From contig JAVZXS010000001.1 in assembly GCA_038886535.1 (NCBI GenBank), forward strand, positions 96,001 to 160,000: 64,000 nucleotides of DNA. The letters run 5' to 3'. The translations under genes and the position numbers were made by a program. A model generated the notes under the pieces. It was given only the letters and a program-made list of their open reading frames with translations. It did no database searches and was not told the DNA's origin. This DNA comes from Candidatus Micrarchaeia archaeon (GTDB lineage Archaea > Micrarchaeota > Micrarchaeia > CABMEP01). Of this stretch, positions 59,509 through 64,000 are shown one piece after another (positions within the stretch are counted from its first letter, which is position 1; each line of letters opens with the position of its first letter).

Positions 59509-60720
59509 TTGATTCTATGTGGTATAATGGATGAATTGGGTTTGATCTCAGCATTTATATTCGGTATTGTTTTAGGTTCGCTAGCAGGACTGATTCCTGG
59601 AATACATCCCAATACAATATCTCAGATGATTTCTAATCTTAATGTACAAGATAATTTTGAATTAGCTGCAATCATAATAATCGCAGCTGCAGTAAACAAC
59701 ATAGTTGCTCTTCTTCCAGCAATATTTCTTTTTATACCTGATTCAGATTCAGTGCTTTCAATACTTCCTGCTCAAAAATTGGTTTTAAATGGAAAAGGAA
59801 GGCTTGCTGTTTTGGTGTGCGCCATTTCTGCGTTCTTGACACTTATCTTTCTTGTATTAATCCTTCCATTGTCTTACATATCTCTTCCTTTGTTATTTCC
59901 TGTTATCAAACCATATCTAGCCTATATCTTGATACTTTTTTCAGTCTTTTTCCTTCTGCAGGAGAAGAAGATAAAAGAGTCATTATTCGTTTTTCTAATT
60001 TCGGGTCTTTTCGGCTATTTGATTCTTTCAACATCAATATCATCTCTTCTTCAGGAATCTTTATTCGCAGTCTTTGTAGGTTTCTTTGCATTAAGCAGCA
60101 TTATATTATCCTTTAATGAAAAATCATTAATTCCAGAGCAGAGAAATGAATCATATAGGGTAGAGATAGGCAAGAGCTTTATAATTATGATTCTTTTCTC
60201 TTCATTAATCGGTGCTGTAGCTGACCTCTTTCCTGCAATAAATTCCCCAGCCCAGTTAGCAACGTTTGTATCTTCTTTTGCAGGTAATCCACTTCTTTTT
60301 CTTTCCTCAACCACTTCCATTACAATTAGCCACTATGCAAATTCTATTGTTGCTTTAGAACGAATAGGCAAAGCAAGAACAGGCACCCTAGTCAATATCA
60401 ACCAACTAATTAGCGATGTCAATACAACATTGCTTATATGGTTCATTGCATTCTATTTTGTTGGAACTATTATAGGGATTCTGCTTTTATTAGGGCTTTC
60501 AGAAATTTTCATTTCTACAATAAACAAGATAGATCAGAAAATGATTAGTTTTTCAGTACTCATTTTCCTTATATTATCGGTATTTCTATTTTCAGGTGTC
60601 TTCGGATTACTTACATGTATTCTTGCAACATTCATTGGGCTATTGCCTCCACTTCTTGGCGTTAGAAGAACGAATCTTATGGCATTCCTTATTATTCCTT
60701 CAATCCTAATACTTCTTTAA
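59509..60720 (+). CDS. TctA-like (tripartite tricarboxylate transporter family) permease
   Basis: GLIPGIHPN, LPAIFL.IP, SILPA, GVRRTNLM. Confidence 0.8.
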   Translation: MILCGIMDELGLISAFIFGIVLGSLAGLIPGIHPNTISQMISNLNVQDNFELAAIIIIAAAVNNIVALLPAIFLFIPDSDSVLSILPAQKLVLNGKGRLAVLVCAISAFLTLIFLVLILPLSYISLPLLFPVIKPYLAYILILFSVFFLLQEKKIKESLFVFLISGLFGYLILSTSISSLLQESLFAVFVGFFALSSIILSFNEKSLIPEQRNESYRVEIGKSFIIMILFSSLIGAVADLFPAINSPAQLATFVSSFAGNPLLFLSSTTSITISHYANSIVALERIGKARTGTLVNINQLISDVNTTLLIWFIAFYFVGTIIGILLLLGLSEIFISTINKIDQKMISFSVLIFLILSVFLFSGVFGLLTCILATFIGLLPPLLGVRRTNLMAFLIIPSILILL

Positions 60721-60783
60721 TTGAACAGCGAGTGCAATCTTAAATTGAAAACTAATTTAAATCTGTCTCTATATAATTAGTTT

Positions 60784-61464
60784 ATGGCAGAAGAAGAGTA
60801 TCCTAGCGCACCAAAGAGAGAGATAGACTTAGGAAAAGGAGTAGTAATACTTCCTCCTGAAAGGATAGTTTCACCAAAGAAACCGGAAAAACCAAAAGAG
60901 GAAAGAAAAGAAGAACAGAAAATGGAGCAGAAGATCAGCAACTCTGTTCAACCTAAAGAAATGCAGATAAATAGCGTTCTATTCGTCATCGTAAGTATAG
61001 TAGCATTAGTATCTCTTGTTCTTAGTATAATCACAATGATGTCAATTGCATCACTGAAATCTGAACTTAGAGCAATATCATCTGATCTTAAGGAATTCAG
61101 TAGATCAACAATTGAGCTTAATACACAATTTGATCAACCGCATTCCTTGCAATCATCAGTTCCATTAAATCAGGTGCTTTCACCATTTTCAATTCCTATT
61201 CCATCTCAAGAGATAGAAACTAAAGGTACGATAAATGTTGTATTGCCAGTTTATGGTCTTCCAGTTTCAATTCCATGGGAAGGAAAGTTAACTGTATTCG
61301 GAAGCATCACAACAAATACTTCTGCAATTCCACAAAGCGAAACATTGAAAATAAATTATACTCTACCAAGCAGTGGAACAGTTAGGATGAAAATATCAGC
61401 CTCTGAACTATTCCAAGGTAAACTGAATTCAATAATCGAAAGGCTAGACAATTTATCAAAATAA
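60784..61464 (+). CDS. single-TM hypothetical protein
   Basis: Charged N-terminus, TM helix, coiled coil and beta-rich domain. Confidence 0.65.
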   Translation: MAEEEYPSAPKREIDLGKGVVILPPERIVSPKKPEKPKEERKEEQKMEQKISNSVQPKEMQINSVLFVIVSIVALVSLVLSIITMMSIASLKSELRAISSDLKEFSRSTIELNTQFDQPHSLQSSVPLNQVLSPFSIPIPSQEIETKGTINVVLPVYGLPVSIPWEGKLTVFGSITTNTSAIPQSETLKINYTLPSSGTVRMKISASELFQGKLNSIIERLDNLSK

Positions 61465-61509
61465 TTTCTGCTATTACTAGCAGATAGTATACTAAGCAAT
61501 TAAAGTGGT

Positions 61510-62880
61510 TTGATGTTCATAAGCGATAGATATAGTAAGATTTTTGCAAAGGTGTTAAAAAAGATTAAACCTTCAGAGAAAGAACAGGCAAGGCAAAGAG
61601 AAATAGCAATGAAAATAGTTTCAGAATTAGATAGGATTACACCAAAGGATGTTTCAATAGAGCTTGTTGGCTCTACAGCAAAAGGAACAAATCTGAAAGG
61701 TGACATGGATTTTGACGTTTTCATGCTTTTTTCAAAGGACTATTCATTGAAAGATATGCTTACTCTTGCAATGAAATACAGCAAGAAATTCTGCAAGGGA
61801 AGAAAATATGAGATTGCCTATGCGCAACATCCATATGTAAGGACATGGGTGGAAGGAGTAGAGGTAGACATTGTTCCTTCATATAAGATAGAAGATGTTT
61901 CAGAGATGCTTACAGCAGTGGACAGATCTCCGCTTCACACTAAATTTATAAATTCAAGAATAACAGATTCTCAAAGAGATGATGTTAGGCTTCTCAAAAG
62001 GTTTTTGAAAACGCAAAAGATCTATGGTGCAGAAGGCAGAATAAGGGGCTTCAGCGGATATCTTTGTGAACTATTGGTTCTAAAATATGGGAGCTTTTTG
62101 AATGTATTAGATGCCTTCGCAAATATGAAATCAATGCCAATAATAACATTGGGCAATGAGCCAATTAATGAAGAAGAGCTTAAGAAAAAGTTCAGCGATG
62201 CTGCAATGATCGTGATAGACCCAGTTGATCCAGATAGAAACGTCGCAGCTTCTGTTTCTAAGACATCTCTTACAGTTTTCTCATACGCAGCTTCAATATT
62301 CTTAAGCAAGCCTTCAATAAATGCATTTTTGCCATCACAAGAAAAAATAGATAAAAAATGGATAGATAAACAACTTAAGTTGAGAGATTCTTTATTCTTA
62401 GGAATAGAATTTGACAGGCCAAAAGTAGTTGAAGATATCTTATGGCCTCAGATGTATAAATTCGCAAGTAAAATAAAGTCTAAATCAAAGGAACATGATT
62501 TTGAGGTTTTCGATATCGATGAGTATGCAAATGGAAAATGCATGTTTCTCTGTGAGTTTTCAATATACTCTCTTCCAAAAATTAAAAAGATATTCGGCCC
62601 ACCATTATCCCAAAGAGAATATGTGGATAAGTTCATAAGGCAACATAAGGTGACAGAGCCGATATGGTTTGAGGAAGATAGGATATTAGCAGTAGGTGAG
62701 AGAAGATTCACTCATGTAAAGCAACTTTTAGAATACATGCTTTCAAATCCAGAGGAGAATGGCGTTCCACCAGACTTAAGGAAAGTGATTAAATCAGCCA
62801 AGATAATAGATATATCAAAGATAAAGAAGAATTACACTCAGTTTCTATTTGAATATTTGAAAAAGAGAAATATACCTTAA
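61510..62880 (+). CDS. cca: CCA-adding enzyme (archaeal class I)
   Basis: GSTAKGT.L..D.DFD, YAQHPY, VDIVP, VDRSP.H, GFSGYLCE, DPVDP.RNVA. Confidence 0.95.
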   Translation: MMFISDRYSKIFAKVLKKIKPSEKEQARQREIAMKIVSELDRITPKDVSIELVGSTAKGTNLKGDMDFDVFMLFSKDYSLKDMLTLAMKYSKKFCKGRKYEIAYAQHPYVRTWVEGVEVDIVPSYKIEDVSEMLTAVDRSPLHTKFINSRITDSQRDDVRLLKRFLKTQKIYGAEGRIRGFSGYLCELLVLKYGSFLNVLDAFANMKSMPIITLGNEPINEEELKKKFSDAAMIVIDPVDPDRNVAASVSKTSLTVFSYAASIFLSKPSINAFLPSQEKIDKKWIDKQLKLRDSLFLGIEFDRPKVVEDILWPQMYKFASKIKSKSKEHDFEVFDIDEYANGKCMFLCEFSIYSLPKIKKIFGPPLSQREYVDKFIRQHKVTEPIWFEEDRILAVGERRFTHVKQLLEYMLSNPEENGVPPDLRKVIKSAKIIDISKIKKNYTQFLFEYLKKRNIP

Positions 62881-63025
62881 AATATTAAAGTTAATTTCTA
62901 ATAATTACAAAACCATATAAAATTGCAATCATATAGAAAAAAATCCAACGTTAGATTACAAGAAAGAGTTATATTCCTTTATCTCTATTATTATATGTTT
63001 TCTAATAAGCTTCATTGGTGTGATT

Positions 63026-63316
63026 ATGGACCATGAAAGTGTAAAGCAGATATCGCAGGTTGCAAGGATCAAGCTTTCTGATGAAGAATTAAAGAGCCTG
63101 GGCAACGAGATGGACATGCTTCTTGCATATTTTGGAAAGGTTCAAGAAATAGACATAGAGGAAGTAGGTGAAAAAACAAGCTATATGCACGGAATTTCAA
63201 ATTCATTAAGAGATGATGAAGTAAAGGAACAAGATGAGGATACAAAGGAAATGATAAGGTCTGAATTCACAAAGCGAGAAGGCAATATTCTTGTAGTCCC
63301 TAAATCTCTAAAATGA
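63026..63316 (+). CDS. gatC: Asp/Glu-tRNA amidotransferase subunit C
   Basis: VARIKLSDEE...LRDDEV...VVPK; upstream of gatA. Confidence 0.88.
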   Translation: MDHESVKQISQVARIKLSDEELKSLGNEMDMLLAYFGKVQEIDIEEVGEKTSYMHGISNSLRDDEVKEQDEDTKEMIRSEFTKREGNILVVPKSLK

Positions 63317-63336
63317 GTTATTCTTAGTGTGATTAT

Positions 63337-64000
63337 ATGTCAGTAGAAGAGATCGTTCATAAGAGACTTGAACTTATAGAAAAAAGAGATAAGGAAATAA
63401 ACGCATTTATAGAGGTATATTCAAATGAAGCAATAGAGGCAGCAAGAAGAATCGATAAAAAAATTAAGGAAGGAAATGCAGGCTCTCTTGCAGGCCTTAT
63501 AATCGGAATAAAGAACAACATAGCATACAAAGGAAAGTTGCTTACCTGTGGTTCAAATATGCTCAGAGGACACAAAGCAACTTACAATGCGACTGTTGTA
63601 GAAAAATTATTGAATGCTGACGCAGTAATCATAGGTTCATTAAATATGGACGAATTTGCATGCGGCAGCGATGGCACATTCAGTGCATTTAAAATAACAA
63701 AAAACCCGTTAGATTTAGAAAGGGTACCTGGCGGTTCTTCTTCTGGTAGTGGGGCAGCAGTAGCAGCAGGTTTCTGTGACGCAGCTCTTGGAAGCGATAC
63801 TGGTGGCTCAGTCAGATGCCCTGCTGCATTCTGTAATTTGTATGGTCTTAAGCCAACATATGGAATGGTTTCAAGATACGGCCTTGTTGACATGGCTATG
63901 TCTTTGGATCAGATAGGCATAATATCAAAGGATAAGGAAGTGATGAGAAAGGTTTTCCATGTAATAAGAGGAACAGATGCTTATGACCAGACAACACAGC
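63337..64000 (+). CDS. gatA: Asp/Glu-tRNA amidotransferase subunit A (3'-truncated by window edge)
   Basis: GIKNN, NMDEFACGS, PGGSSSGS, GSDTGGSVRCPA, GLKPTYG.VSRYG amidase signature. Confidence 0.93.
   Translation, partial: MSVEEIVHKRLELIEKRDKEINAFIEVYSNEAIEAARRIDKKIKEGNAGSLAGLIIGIKNNIAYKGKLLTCGSNMLRGHKATYNATVVEKLLNADAVIIGSLNMDEFACGSDGTFSAFKITKNPLDLERVPGGSSSGSGAAVAAGFCDAALGSDTGGSVRCPAAFCNLYGLKPTYGMVSRYGLVDMAMSLDQIGIISKDKEVMRKVFHVIRGTDAYDQTTQ

Noticed and set aside
271..63893. Numerous short antisense or alternate-frame ORFs overlapping recognised genes
   Set aside because: Shadow ORFs with no motifs or RBS.

Overview
This is an AT-rich, gene-dense archaeal chromosome segment. It most likely comes from a DPANN lineage, possibly Micrarchaeota (inferred from GGTGA ribosome-binding sites, BHB tRNA introns, aIF5B, archaeal CCA enzyme and RFC, form III RuBisCO and a short AlaRS). 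The first part holds a minimal NiFe-hydrogenase/ferredoxin/IOR block, a box C/D sRNA, housekeeping genes, RuBisCO with a PHP-domain neighbour and a protease-less Lon ATPase. An unusual cluster follows: a degenerate RibB-like gene, an orphan TPP-dependent E1 alpha/beta pair and three tandem deoxynucleoside-kinase paralogues. There are six tRNAs; two have introns, and the tRNA-Trp intron carries C/D guides. A complete, divergent type I-B-like CRISPR-Cas locus has 31 repeats and a probable internally translated Cas11. It is followed by a Zn-ribbon protein ending in a ribosomal-stalk-like tail and by uvsE, ileS, rfcS, cca, gatC and gatA. The best candidate for an undescribed system is the RibB-like/E1/three-kinase cluster at 18.6-23.6 kb. 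All calls come from motif recognition by eye; no database searches were run.
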